Positions 14,347 through 24,142 of a stretch of DNA of 40,126 bases are shown here, one piece after another. The position numbers and the translations under genes are program-made. The stretch is from a virus (taxonomy: Duplodnaviria > Caudoviricetes). Positions within the stretch are counted from its first letter, which is position 1, and each line of letters begins with the position of its first letter. The notes under the pieces were generated by a model. The model was not told the origin of the DNA. It did no database searches and saw nothing but the letters and a program-made list of their open reading frames with translations. The stretch spans positions 1-40,126 of IMG/VR virus record IMGVR_UViG_3300032257_000041, one strand, 5' to 3'.

Positions 14347-14595
14347 ATGATGAGTGATTTAGATTTATCTGATGAATCAGTAAATGATGCTATAGCGCAT
14401 GTTACAGGCTTTCAAAAATTGCTCAAGTTAAACAATGCGGAAGCCGCACATTATCTTGATATCGTAATTGCTAAGGCGGCATTTTCTCAACAAGAAATAA
14501 ACAATCTTAAGCGGGAGCGGGATGATTGCAAAAAAGCACTGGTACTTGAAAGGAATTTGAGTGATATCCAAAGAAGGATAATGATTAATAGGTGA
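14347..14595 (+). CDS. hypothetical coiled-coil protein
   Basis: ORF with GAGGG RBS. Confidence 0.65.
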   Translation: MMSDLDLSDESVNDAIAHVTGFQKLLKLNNAEAAHYLDIVIAKAAFSQQEINNLKRERDDCKKALVLERNLSDIQRRIMINR

Positions 14596-14598
14596 GAT

Positions 14599-14811
14599 AT
14601 GGATCATTATTGGTTTATCGTCCTTCGTTGGGCTGAGGTTTGTATATTCGTGTTTGTTATCGGTTTTAGTCTTATCGTTATTTTCGAGGCTGAGTGGTAT
14701 ACATGGGCTAAAATGCCCGGGGCGTACTTATTTTTACTTATGGGTTTTTGTGCGTCTATTATCGGGTTGTTTGCAATGGCGCGTGAAGTTATTATTTATT
14801 CTAAGGATTAA
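14599..14811 (+). CDS. two-TM membrane protein
   Basis: Two hydrophobic segments. Confidence 0.65.
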   Translation: MDHYWFIVLRWAEVCIFVFVIGFSLIVIFEAEWYTWAKMPGAYLFLLMGFCASIIGLFAMAREVIIYSKD

Positions 14812-15028
14812 CACCCGAATTATGCTTATTAATCGTCCTGACACACTGTTCATAAGACGCTTCCACGGCCTTTCTACCCTTCCCTGCCGGGTTTTCAGGT
14901 AATTCAAGTATCCCACAGGCTTTAACCTTAATAACGCCTTTATACGGTTTAGGGCAGGTACAGGCGCTTAATATCATCAGGAGGATTATACTTGTAAGTA
15001 CCTTTACACTTTGTTTCGTTAAGTTCAT
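14801..15028 (-). CDS. Lipoprotein, o-spanin (Rz1-like) candidate
   Basis: Signal peptide with LSAC lipobox; overlaps the upstream TM gene in another frame. Confidence 0.6.
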   Translation of the reverse strand: MNLTKQSVKVLTSIILLMILSACTCPKPYKGVIKVKACGILELPENPAGKGRKAVEASYEQCVRTINKHNSGVNP

Positions 15029-15164
15029 CTAATTGTCCTTTAAAATCAATGGCCTTTCCCCATCCTAACCCACCAAAAATGGCAAGTATAAATAAGACCA
15101 TCTTAATATACCCGCTAGCCTTATCAGACGAGAATGATTTTATAAATGTGTTTACCAGTCCCAT
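14949..15164 (-). CDS. Single-TM protein, i-spanin (Rz-like) candidate
   Basis: N-terminal TM segment; overlap geometry with the lipoprotein gene. Confidence 0.5.
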   Translation of the reverse strand: MGLVNTFIKSFSSDKASGYIKMVLFILAIFGGLGWGKAIDFKGQLDELNETKCKGTYKYNPPDDIKRLYLP

Positions 15165-15505
15165 GTGAACGTCGCACCCACCCCATAAGCTGTGCTTTCG
15201 TCAAAGTCTGTTATCACATTACCATGAAGTAAGATTTTATCGCCACATGATGAGCAGACAGTTTTTGCAGCCGATAGCCCTGCGGCTCCGCTTCCTTTAA
15301 AGTCTGTCGCGCCTGATATAGATCCTTGCCATTTATTAATAATGGGCGAGAAATGATGCTGAATTGCCTCGAATACTTCCTTTTTGTCTTGTGCGTTCTC
15401 CCCTGGTATTCCTTGCGGACCTTGTGGGCCGGGAATTGGCCTATGATAACCCCCCGCAAAACACAATGATGGCAATAGTAATAAAGCAATAATAGTTTTA
15501 ATCAT
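15152..15505 (-). CDS. Exported protein with a short collagen-like motif and a YadA-anchor-like C-terminus
   Basis: Signal peptide MIKTIIALLLLPSLCFA; GPQGPQGIPGEN; amphipathic strands ending YGVGATFTWDW. Confidence 0.6.
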   Translation of the reverse strand: MIKTIIALLLLPSLCFAGGYHRPIPGPQGPQGIPGENAQDKKEVFEAIQHHFSPIINKWQGSISGATDFKGSGAAGLSAAKTVCSSCGDKILLHGNVITDFDESTAYGVGATFTWDW

Positions 15506-15509
15506 TCTT

Positions 15510-15704
15510 TTATCCTCTTTTTGTCTTTTTTCTTGTGGTTTTCTTAACCTGCCGTTTACCTGGCTGGTAGTGCGGATTTTTGGGTGGCGTTGATTCGTCA
15601 AGGATCTTTTTCATCCTCGCCTTACGCTTTGCGGCCATCGTTCTGCCAGTTCTGCTTGCGCTTCCGTTCTTGATTCTCAAATTGTCGCCCATATTACCTC
15701 TCAT
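15510..15704 (-). CDS. small highly basic protein
   Basis: K/R-rich ORF coupled to neighbours. Confidence 0.55.
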   Translation of the reverse strand: MRGNMGDNLRIKNGSASRTGRTMAAKRKARMKKILDESTPPKNPHYQPGKRQVKKTTRKKTKRG

Positions 15705-15925
15705 GTTTCCATAAATTTAATACTGATTTTAGCCAAGAATATTAAAATGGCCGCTATTGTTACTGCTGTAAAACTGGTCTCGTTCCAATCTGGCGCATTT
15801 AGTTTAAAATATTCTCTTGTGGTCCATTCAATGTAATAAATTCCATAACCTGCATAACCCAGAATCACTATCCTGGGGAATATTTTCAGTCTATCTATTG
15901 TCTCCGCGAGTTCTTTATAATCCAT
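15701..15925 (-). CDS. two-TM protein, holin candidate
   Basis: D.L.IFPR motif and two TM segments, located after the tail genes. Confidence 0.55.
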   Translation of the reverse strand: MDYKELAETIDRLKIFPRIVILGYAGYGIYYIEWTTREYFKLNAPDWNETSFTAVTIAAILIFLAKISIKFMET

Positions 15926-15936
15926 CTTTCACTAAT

Positions 15937-16302
15937 TCAGCCTCCAAAAAGCCCCGTAATTTTCTTAAAAGCTTCATTAGTAAGTAATAATATTATAGCG
16001 TATATTGAGCCAGCTATACTTGCGGTGAATACAAGCACATTCTTAAACCAACGGATCGAGCGTTTAGCGTCAATAAACGTCTCCATACTGTCATTCAGCT
16101 TGGTCAGCGTTTCGCTCAACTCTCTCACAACGGCCTCATTCCGCATAACTGCCAGTCCGTTCTCTTCTACCGCCTCGCGGTATTTACCAAGCGTTTTCAC
16201 CAAATCACCCTTGCATTCATGCAGTGCTATGATCTCTTTCATCATACTGGTCTGCTCCTTTGCCTGCCTGCTCTGTTCTTTTTTAATTTCTTCAATATCC
16301 AT
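15937..16302 (-). CDS. coiled-coil protein with C-terminal TM (lysis region)
   Basis: Heptad N-terminus plus one TM. Confidence 0.6.
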   Translation of the reverse strand: MDIEEIKKEQSRQAKEQTSMMKEIIALHECKGDLVKTLGKYREAVEENGLAVMRNEAVVRELSETLTKLNDSMETFIDAKRSIRWFKNVLVFTASIAGSIYAIILLLTNEAFKKITGLFGG

Positions 16303-16330
16303 TCTAAACTACTCAAGTTAGGGGGTTAAC

Positions 16331-16447
16331 TTATGGAAAAAGTGTGAAAAATCCTATGCCTTTGTCACTTACGTCATATAACATAGCCAATATAAGAACT
16401 ATAATTGACAGTGATAGGGCTATTATCATCAGTATGTTTATTTTCAT
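16331..16447 (-). CDS. 38-aa TM peptide
   Basis: MKINILMIIALSLSIIVLILAMLY... (manually translated). Confidence 0.4.
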   Translation of the reverse strand: MKINILMIIALSLSIIVLILAMLYDVSDKGIGFFTLFP

Positions 16448-16471
16448 CCTTTCATTTGTCCGTTATTTTCC

Positions 16472-18628
16472 TTAAATCACATCGATTATATGCTTACCGC
16501 CTAATGTAGATTCTGGATCGGCGATAACCGCAAAAGTAAACGCTACACTGTACCCGATTGTGGCAGAAGCACTAGCGCCAGAGTCGTAAAAAAACCTAAA
16601 CGATGTAGGTGTGTTGTAATCAGGCGTTCTGATGTAGTTGGTTCTTAATGCAAACCGCTTCTGGTTTGTAAAGTTTAGGGTTGCGCTGTTCATTATTAGC
16701 GCGTCCGCTTTTGCTGTATCTTGTTCGAGGTAAAAAGTAACTGTATCTAGAGGATCGGTTTCTGCTGTGACAGTAAACGAAACAGGGAGTATCTGGGTGA
16801 TATTGTCAACAAAGTAAGCCGCAAACAGTCGATAATTAAAATTTGCAGCCGCTCCAGTCTGTCCAGCTAAAATAGTAAAATCTCGACTAGTCACAGTGAT
16901 ATATTGAACGTCCTCACCATATATCCCGCCTAACCAAGTACTTTTGTCAGATACCGAGACAAACCCATCAGGATAATGAATCATAGGATTATCAGAAGTT
17001 TCTCTGAAGTTGTTCGAGATACTTAATTTTCGAGGCGGATTTGCAGTTAAGTCAACCGCTGAGATAGTTGTCCCTGTTGTATTACCATAGGCGAACTCGT
17101 TATCCCTTAAAGATAAATTATGTATAGCGCCAGCAGTGCCTTCGGTCCTAATGATTCGACCAACAAAGGTTCCGGCTACAGTGGAAGACCTTACAAAAGA
17201 GTTTCTATTAATGCTCATGAATTTACATGGCGTTGATGTGTTGGTAACTTTAATAACGTCCTTGGCTGGTCCCGTAACGCCAGGATATTCAAGTTTATTT
17301 CGGTCAAATGATATCCCGCCGCAATTCTCAAAATAAAAACCGTCTCTTATATCGTTAGAGTCCGCTAGTACGTTGTCTGTGATCCGGGTATTTGTTCCAC
17401 GGATAAATACACATGCGTCGGCGTTCGACGCTTCCGGAGAAAAGCCAGCGTTGATGATATTCTCAAATGTGTTTCGGTTAATAACTGGTTCACCTTCCCC
17501 GTTAATCGCTAGCGCCTGGGCTATTCTAACATTCACGTTACCAATGTATTCTCCGTAAGTTTCCCCACCAAGACTCAGGCAAGTACCACCAACGTCATAG
17601 AATGTATTGAAATTAATAAAGAAGTTGCCATCCGCTGAATTCTGATCGGTATTACCACTTCCTAACGTGGCGACCTTACAGATCCCCCATTGCTCGGTAT
17701 TGTCTGAGGTACTAAATATATTCCCTATAATATTAAGATGGGCGTGTGTTCCTGTGGTTATCATGTATTCGATAACTGCCGGGGTGCCTGTGAATTCAAT
17801 CTCAGATACTTTTTTACCTGTAAGCGCTTTAAAGCCTGCAGCATCACCAATAACTCTCAATGTTGTTGAGTTTGGCGTTGTGACTAGTCCTGATTTGAAT
17901 TTAGTAAAAGTATTCTTGATTGTCAGGCTTTCATTACAAGCCAGATCAATCATGTTCTGAAAAAATGGCGTGTTGAATGCGGGGGTTTCAGACTCTTTAA
18001 CACCTGACCATCTTATATTTAATTCATGCCCGTAGACTCGCTTCCATCTACCCGTAGGGACGCCTGCAGCCTGCCATATAGTGATATTATTCGCGGTTTC
18101 TACTGATGCATCGTCCCAGTAGAACTCACCTCCCCCGCCGTCTCCTGACTCGTAATAACCGTTAACAAAGGCTTTTTGCGCATCTGCCCCACTGATTAAT
18201 ATTAATGCTGCGAAATTCTCAACATCTAGCGCCCTTAATGCCGACTGAACGTTTGTTGTCGTGCCTGGGTCCGGGGTGTAGGGGATTTCTGATGCGTCGT
18301 TGATAAACTCAAAAGAATCAGGTACATAATAGACTTGTGATCCACTCTGGTTTAGTACTTTTATCGAATACTGCCCGTCGATAACTACTTGAACCGGCGA
18401 TCCGTTGTAAATAATCACCCCGCCTGGCCCGGTCAGTAATGGTTGAGCGGCAGGAAGGATAGGAACTTGTGTGCCGTCTTCCTCGATTAAAGTAAGGTTT
18501 TTTCGGTTGGCTTCGATTTCCGGATCTGTTCCAACGTTTCCGAAATAAACCGACCCATTAAATACAGGCCGTCCCTGGGTAGGATCTGGATAGTATTGTA
18601 AATTTAGTTCAGCGTATCTTAATGACAT
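16472..18628 (-). CDS. Tailspike: P22-type head-binding domain plus right-handed beta-helix
   Basis: NG.VYFG...TDP...QPL....GG...YNG......YSIKV....GSQ.YY; GYY..GDGGGG.FYWD; Asn-ladder repeats. Confidence 0.88.
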   Translation of the reverse strand: MSLRYAELNLQYYPDPTQGRPVFNGSVYFGNVGTDPEIEANRKNLTLIEEDGTQVPILPAAQPLLTGPGGVIIYNGSPVQVVIDGQYSIKVLNQSGSQVYYVPDSFEFINDASEIPYTPDPGTTTNVQSALRALDVENFAALILISGADAQKAFVNGYYESGDGGGGEFYWDDASVETANNITIWQAAGVPTGRWKRVYGHELNIRWSGVKESETPAFNTPFFQNMIDLACNESLTIKNTFTKFKSGLVTTPNSTTLRVIGDAAGFKALTGKKVSEIEFTGTPAVIEYMITTGTHAHLNIIGNIFSTSDNTEQWGICKVATLGSGNTDQNSADGNFFINFNTFYDVGGTCLSLGGETYGEYIGNVNVRIAQALAINGEGEPVINRNTFENIINAGFSPEASNADACVFIRGTNTRITDNVLADSNDIRDGFYFENCGGISFDRNKLEYPGVTGPAKDVIKVTNTSTPCKFMSINRNSFVRSSTVAGTFVGRIIRTEGTAGAIHNLSLRDNEFAYGNTTGTTISAVDLTANPPRKLSISNNFRETSDNPMIHYPDGFVSVSDKSTWLGGIYGEDVQYITVTSRDFTILAGQTGAAANFNYRLFAAYFVDNITQILPVSFTVTAETDPLDTVTFYLEQDTAKADALIMNSATLNFTNQKRFALRTNYIRTPDYNTPTSFRFFYDSGASASATIGYSVAFTFAVIADPESTLGGKHIIDVI

Positions 18629-18657
18629 ACATCACCTTTTGATTTTGGTTTATGGTG

Positions 18658-20646
18658 TTATCTCTCTTTTGCTTGCTCAGTAGAACCACCCACAGTAGAC
18701 GGGATTAAGTAAGGTTTCACCGTTCTGTGTTTAGAGTATGATTCTAGCGCGGCCTTTATCTGGTCCTTTGAGCCGCTTCTAAGTATCTTTTGTATTCTGT
18801 TAGGTTCCATGCCTTTAATTAAAAGGATATCCCCCGCCTTTTCTAACGCCTCTATATTTGTGGCCTCTGATCTTTTACCTGTTAATCGGCTCATTATTTT
18901 TGATATTGTTCTGGCTGCTGCCCTTGGATTTGATACGGACTCAGCCGCATCCCCTACCGCTGACATAAACGAGTCTAAATCGGCCTGCTGTTGAGCTGTT
19001 GTCGAGTTTGCCTGTGCCGCCCTTCTTGTTAGAAGAAAGTCAGATTCTTTTTTAAGGGTGTCCGAGAAATTCTTAAACGCCTCGTCATTTCTAAATAAAT
19101 AACGTAACTTCTTAACGTCTCCATTCTTCCCAAATAACCGTTTCACGGAGTCGGCACTGGTTTGTAGGTCGTCGATCTTGTCTAAAATGGCCTCTTTTGC
19201 GCCTAGCTTGAACATTCTCAATTCGCTATCACCTAAAGACTGTGTAATTTCTCTCATTTCTCTAGGTTTGAGCTTTAGAAAATTTCTACCCTGATCGGTG
19301 GCTTGCTCCATTGCTGCCTTTCCTGCGAATAGATCCCTGGCCTGCTTGTATTCGGGGATAGACTTATCCGCTTCGGCAACCATTCTATTTTTCAATCTTA
19401 CAAGATCTCTGACTGTGTTTTTTTCTCCCTGTCGAATAGCGCGGCCTATTTGATCATCAAGTTCTTGTTTTGTGGCGTCGATTAAATCAATATTTGTGAT
19501 CTCATCACCTGCAGCCCTTTTATTAGCAAGCCTCTTTTGTACTTTCTTTTGTGATGACCCTATTGCATTTTTACCACTAAAAAGGCTCTTTAGTGATTGG
19601 CTCATTTTCATCGGCTTGCTTCTAGCTTCTGTATATAACCGATCTATCTCTGGTTTTGTAGCTGCGTTTAGCCTTATGATTTCATCATCTGCATTTAGGG
19701 AAGGAATGCCAGCCGCATCATCAAAAGACGAAGTGATCCTGCCCGCTTGTCCGGCGTGTCTTTGTTTGAATACGTTGCTTGCTACGCCTTGTATTCTAGG
19801 TATTTTATTTGATGACGCTCTTAATAGCCTTGCAAAAGTGTTTCCTAAATCTGCTGGGATTGCTTCTGGACCTAAGTCAGCCATCATTTTAACGACATCA
19901 TCAGGGTCTAGCCCTTCCCTTGTCATTGCTTCGGCAAGTAATTGACTGGCGCCCTCGTCTGACATTTGCGATAAAGATTTTGTAAGTGCCTCTATGCCTT
20001 TTTTGCCTGATTTTACTAAATTAGTTAATGACTTAACCCCTGCGGTAGCGGCTACCGGCGCAAGAATAGAACCCACCATCGCGCCTGTATCTCCACCGAT
20101 TTCTTCACCTATTTCAGCGCCTGCGCCTGATGCCATTGCTAGTCCTACATCACCCGCCGCAGTGCCTCCTGCAGCTTGCCTAAGCACACTTTGTCCGATT
20201 GTCTCGGTTGATGGTGTAGTTAATGGAAGTGTCTGCGCAGCGCCCCTTATTGCGGCACCACCTAAAAGAGCAGGTCCGACCATCTCCCCGCCAGTCTGTA
20301 CAGCTTCTCTGATAATTCCGGGTTCCATATAATCCCCAGTAACCACGCCTGGAGCGATTTCCTCTACTGTAGGGACAGGACGACCTTTTCCGGCTAATTG
20401 AGCGATATTATTTATCTGGTCTGTAGTTAGAAATTCACCAAAATTAACCAGTCCGCGATTAATAGCAGTGATTACCTCCATGCCTAGCTCCCTTGCCAGT
20501 TGAGGTTGTTCTGAATATACATCCTTCATCATCTCGAGAGCGGATGTACCACGTGGAACGGGTTGGGTTGGGGTAATACCTAGATATTCATCAGGATCAA
20601 AACCTGTTGGCTCTTCAGCTAGATATTCGTCTGGATCAAAAGCCAT
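18658..20646 (-). CDS. Ejection/DNA-transfer protein (P22 gp16 position)
   Basis: Large helical Ala/Gly-rich protein; FDPDEYL repeats; synteny. Confidence 0.7.
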   Translation of the reverse strand: MAFDPDEYLAEEPTGFDPDEYLGITPTQPVPRGTSALEMMKDVYSEQPQLARELGMEVITAINRGLVNFGEFLTTDQINNIAQLAGKGRPVPTVEEIAPGVVTGDYMEPGIIREAVQTGGEMVGPALLGGAAIRGAAQTLPLTTPSTETIGQSVLRQAAGGTAAGDVGLAMASGAGAEIGEEIGGDTGAMVGSILAPVAATAGVKSLTNLVKSGKKGIEALTKSLSQMSDEGASQLLAEAMTREGLDPDDVVKMMADLGPEAIPADLGNTFARLLRASSNKIPRIQGVASNVFKQRHAGQAGRITSSFDDAAGIPSLNADDEIIRLNAATKPEIDRLYTEARSKPMKMSQSLKSLFSGKNAIGSSQKKVQKRLANKRAAGDEITNIDLIDATKQELDDQIGRAIRQGEKNTVRDLVRLKNRMVAEADKSIPEYKQARDLFAGKAAMEQATDQGRNFLKLKPREMREITQSLGDSELRMFKLGAKEAILDKIDDLQTSADSVKRLFGKNGDVKKLRYLFRNDEAFKNFSDTLKKESDFLLTRRAAQANSTTAQQQADLDSFMSAVGDAAESVSNPRAAARTISKIMSRLTGKRSEATNIEALEKAGDILLIKGMEPNRIQKILRSGSKDQIKAALESYSKHRTVKPYLIPSTVGGSTEQAKER

Positions 20647-21887
20647 TACTGAACACCTAATTTTTGTAAAATTTGTGCGGATCGTGGATCGTCAGGGTTG
20701 GATCTAGCCCACTGTAACGCTTGATCGTCCTGGTTTGCTGCTGCTCCATTTTGGTTGTCATCGCTTAAACTGAACTCTAAAGCGTCCCGTATTTCCTGCG
20801 CTGTATCTTCATCCCCTGCCTTTTCTGCCGCTCTTATTGCTCGGTTCGCACTTCTCAGGATGATCCTTTCAGTTTGTTGTAATAATCTCTTATTGCCTGC
20901 AGTGGATTTGCCGAAACTAGCCTCAATCCTTTCCAGTTTATCCCCTTCTGTTTCAGTGAAGGCAGCGCCGAAAGTCTCTCTTAATTGAGACAATACGGCT
21001 TTACTGAGTCGATTTGATAGTTCGGCTTCATCTGCACCTTCCACACCAAAAATTTGCTTGGCTCTCATAGATACAGCGTCAATCCCTCCGGTTTCGATAC
21101 TGTTTAATAAATCTAAGCCGCGCTTAACATTAGCGTATGAATCTGCAGCTTCTAGCCCTTTATCTATAATATCTTGCTGTCTTCCCGCTTTGCCTTTTTC
21201 GGTTATTTCTCTCGCTTTTCCAGCTCCCTTAGCTAGTACATCAGCCGCGCGCTTTTCTGCGGTTGTTTCGGTTGAAACTTCATACCCTTCTGGGATTTCT
21301 AGCGGGCTTAATTCCGCCGCGCCTGTTCTTGGATTTCCGGTTGGCATCCTAAGTATCTTTTCGCCAGTTTTTTTATTTACTAGCGTAATTGGTTGAAACT
21401 GTTTTAAATTGGCATCTTTGCCACCTATTCCGGTTTGCGCTTTGTAAGCCTCCCACGCTTTCGGATCTTGGCTAGCGAGCATGAGTTCCATTTTCTTGCG
21501 TGAGCCTTCCGGATCGTTTCGGTACATCTCCAGGGCATTAACAGAGTCAGACGGATCGCCACCTTCTGCAATCACTTTGTCTATTCTGTTTTGCATGTAC
21601 ATTTCAGCATTATCAGGATCGGCCAGTGCGCTCATAGTCGTGTCAATTAGGTTCTGACGAGATCGGTCGCTTTTAAAGGTGACAGCCTGGTTCATTATCT
21701 GGGAAAGCTCTGGGTTTTCAATTGATAATCTGGCCACGGCATCAGTATCACCGTCCGCATAAGCTTGCTGAAAATCAGAAGTCACTTTCTGTTTTCTTTG
21801 CGCTTCCCTGTTCTGCTGAATCACCGATCCGACACCAGTTAGAACAGGATTAAGATTTGCGGGATTGACTGTATATTCGTTAGCCAT
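20646..21887 (-). CDS. Ejection/DNA-transfer protein (P22 gp20 position)
   Basis: Synteny; helical Q/A-rich composition. Confidence 0.7.
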   Translation of the reverse strand: MANEYTVNPANLNPVLTGVGSVIQQNREAQRKQKVTSDFQQAYADGDTDAVARLSIENPELSQIMNQAVTFKSDRSRQNLIDTTMSALADPDNAEMYMQNRIDKVIAEGGDPSDSVNALEMYRNDPEGSRKKMELMLASQDPKAWEAYKAQTGIGGKDANLKQFQPITLVNKKTGEKILRMPTGNPRTGAAELSPLEIPEGYEVSTETTAEKRAADVLAKGAGKAREITEKGKAGRQQDIIDKGLEAADSYANVKRGLDLLNSIETGGIDAVSMRAKQIFGVEGADEAELSNRLSKAVLSQLRETFGAAFTETEGDKLERIEASFGKSTAGNKRLLQQTERIILRSANRAIRAAEKAGDEDTAQEIRDALEFSLSDDNQNGAAANQDDQALQWARSNPDDPRSAQILQKLGVQ

Positions 21888-22733
21888 TTAACACCTCAAT
21901 AACTCGGTTGTCTGATCAATGCCTAGTGAGTCCATATCAACCCCTATAAACCCGTCGATATTCACAATTGAATCGGGTTGATAGTTATAGACAAGATGCG
22001 CCATAACACCCTCAGATCGGCCATTTAACCCGAGCTCGTTGGCTAATTCGTTCCATTCCCACGAATACCACTCATGATTGTTTTTGGTACCTTCATGTTT
22101 AATATCTGTCTTTAGGCGTATATCTGAATAGTTAGCCATGCCGTAGTTTTGTATCCCTTGCCCGATAGCAGATGCGGCATTTTGCCATCCTACCTGCTGC
22201 GCGTTGGCTGCTGCAATGTCACCCGCCGCCCTGGTTCCGCCGATGTTGCTCATCTGATTAGCAATAGCGTTCGTATTTAAAGGCATTCCGGCAAGCTGTT
22301 GAATCCCGCCTAATTGTTGATTATAGGACTCTAATAAAGCCTCATTTTCTAAGCGTGTATTGTAGTCATAAAGATTAGCCTGCACATCACCGGATCTTAA
22401 CCCCCCAGTGGCTGCGGCGTTTCTTGTGATCGCATCTTCGCCTAGCTGCTGATTACCGATGATCTGCTGATAAAGGGGTGATGCTTTGGCCCGGTCAATA
22501 AGCTCTTGCTGTGAGCCTGTCCCGCCCTCATATCCGGCGATACCACCTAAATTAGAAAGCGCCTGATCCCTAAACTGTATAGGTAGTTCTTCGCGTGCCA
22601 TCTGATAGTTTAAGGCATTCTGTTGTGCTTGCGCCTGCGTTTCTGCAGCCCCCTGAGAGGCTTTTCCGGCTTCGTTAGCGGCGTATATAGAACCACCTGC
22701 GACGACTGCCGCCGCTGCTACTGCCCAAGGCAT
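21888..22733 (-). CDS. Ejection protein (P22 gp7-like) with a C-terminal S74-type domain
   Basis: AAATGGLRSG motif; SDIRLKTDI...Y.W.W...GVMA. Confidence 0.8.
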   Translation of the reverse strand: MPWAVAAAAVVAGGSIYAANEAGKASQGAAETQAQAQQNALNYQMAREELPIQFRDQALSNLGGIAGYEGGTGSQQELIDRAKASPLYQQIIGNQQLGEDAITRNAAATGGLRSGDVQANLYDYNTRLENEALLESYNQQLGGIQQLAGMPLNTNAIANQMSNIGGTRAAGDIAAANAQQVGWQNAASAIGQGIQNYGMANYSDIRLKTDIKHEGTKNNHEWYSWEWNELANELGLNGRSEGVMAHLVYNYQPDSIVNIDGFIGVDMDSLGIDQTTELLRC

Positions 22734-22743
22734 ATTTTTATCC

Positions 22744-23325
22744 TCATTGTTGTGTTTCCTTATATCGTGGTTGCCCTTCGTGTCGAATACAGACAACCAT
22801 CGCAATACGGTCGTGATTTGTTTCGTTATTAACCCAATGTAATTGGGAGTTATCAAATTGATAAACTTCACCCAATTCTGGATCAATCACGCCAGTTTCA
22901 AATTCAAACGTCGCGCCCGGATAGTTTTCTACCGGGATATAAAACTTGTCATAGTACTCAGCATGCCATCCCGCATCAGTGTGTGGATGTATCTTGCCGC
23001 CGGGCGGTAGTTTTGTTATTAAGATCCCGCCCAGTCGCTCACCATTAACGGCGCGCATAATCTTAAAAATAATATCTTTAACCTCTGGAAGCATGTAATA
23101 GGCCGGATACCACACAGAATCATGCTCTTCGACAAAGCCGGAAAAATCACCCGATTCTTCATAAGGCTTAATGTCGTTAAACCTCACCCAGATATCCTCC
23201 ATTTCCATATGCGGACCACCCTCAGCGGCTCGATGTTTATATTGTCCGAATAAATAAGCGTTCTGCTTTAACGCATATTGCAAAGGCAAAGGATTAACTT
23301 TTAAATTTAATTTAGAGAAACTCAT
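22744..23325 (-). CDS. Asp/Asn beta-hydroxylase family 2OG-Fe(II) dioxygenase
   Basis: L.PGG.I.PHTD...GE...FDN...H.V.N....DRI. Confidence 0.85.
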   Translation of the reverse strand: MSFSKLNLKVNPLPLQYALKQNAYLFGQYKHRAAEGGPHMEMEDIWVRFNDIKPYEESGDFSGFVEEHDSVWYPAYYMLPEVKDIIFKIMRAVNGERLGGILITKLPPGGKIHPHTDAGWHAEYYDKFYIPVENYPGATFEFETGVIDPELGEVYQFDNSQLHWVNNETNHDRIAMVVCIRHEGQPRYKETQQ

Positions 23326-23809
23326 GTGATATGGCCGTGGCCGCCTCCATATTAAAAATATAAGGGTTATGGACCTGTATATTTAACGGTCTTAACATCT
23401 CCGCACGCTCATAATTGAAAGGCTTATCAGTAAGATAGCCCCAAATCGACTCAAGGTTACGATCTATATCATCATAGTGAACACGTAGCCCCTTTTGAGC
23501 GCTTAACCTGTCTTCTAAGTGGTGAATCCAGCCAATATTGGCCTCCCCATAAGTCTCTATGGAATAATCAATTGACTTTTGAGGGTCACTTTCAATAATG
23601 ACCTTTTTCGAGTCAGGAAAGTATTTATCTAAATCAAGTAAGGCCGCGCCTGTGGTGCTGTCGCCTTTACCTTTTAGCTTTTCTCGGTACTTATCCACTG
23701 AATAACAACCATTAATACCCTCGTGGTAACAAAACGAGCCATCATAGGTCATAAAATTAGCCAGCCATGCAGTACGGGACCGCGGGAGCCCAAGGATAAA
23801 AAAGCTCAT
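23312..23809 (-). CDS. Sulfotransferase-like P-loop protein
   Basis: FFILGLPRSRTAWLAN...HE resembles the PAPS-binding loop. Confidence 0.7.
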   Translation of the reverse strand: MSFFILGLPRSRTAWLANFMTYDGSFCYHEGINGCYSVDKYREKLKGKGDSTTGAALLDLDKYFPDSKKVIIESDPQKSIDYSIETYGEANIGWIHHLEDRLSAQKGLRVHYDDIDRNLESIWGYLTDKPFNYERAEMLRPLNIQVHNPYIFNMEAATAISHEFL

Positions 23810-24141
23810 TAGTCGCCCTCCGTGTATTGAGTTACGGTAATGGATGCCTTGACTCCTGCTGCTGCAGCTTTAGCAATAATGTACAGGTTTGCATATCCTT
23901 GACCCACAATAGCGTTAATATCTAGCTCAAGATTTTCCCCGATACTAGTAAAGTCAACTCTGTCACCACTCGCAGAGGTAGCGTTAGGACTGATAAAAAA
24001 CTCAATCGTTGTACTTGCTGATGTGTTATGGATATTTAAAGCGGTCACATGATATCGGTCTATCCCTCCAGGAGAATAGATCACCGTGTCGGACGTTAAG
24101 ACGTCAATCGGACCTGATCCAACATTTCCTTTAATGGCCAT
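23809..24141 (-). CDS. small beta-rich virion protein (putative)
   Basis: Position in the tail operon. Confidence 0.6.
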   Translation of the reverse strand: MAIKGNVGSGPIDVLTSDTVIYSPGGIDRYHVTALNIHNTSASTTIEFFISPNATSASGDRVDFTSIGENLELDINAIVGQGYANLYIIAKAAAAGVKASITVTQYTEGD

Positions 24142-24142
24142 A

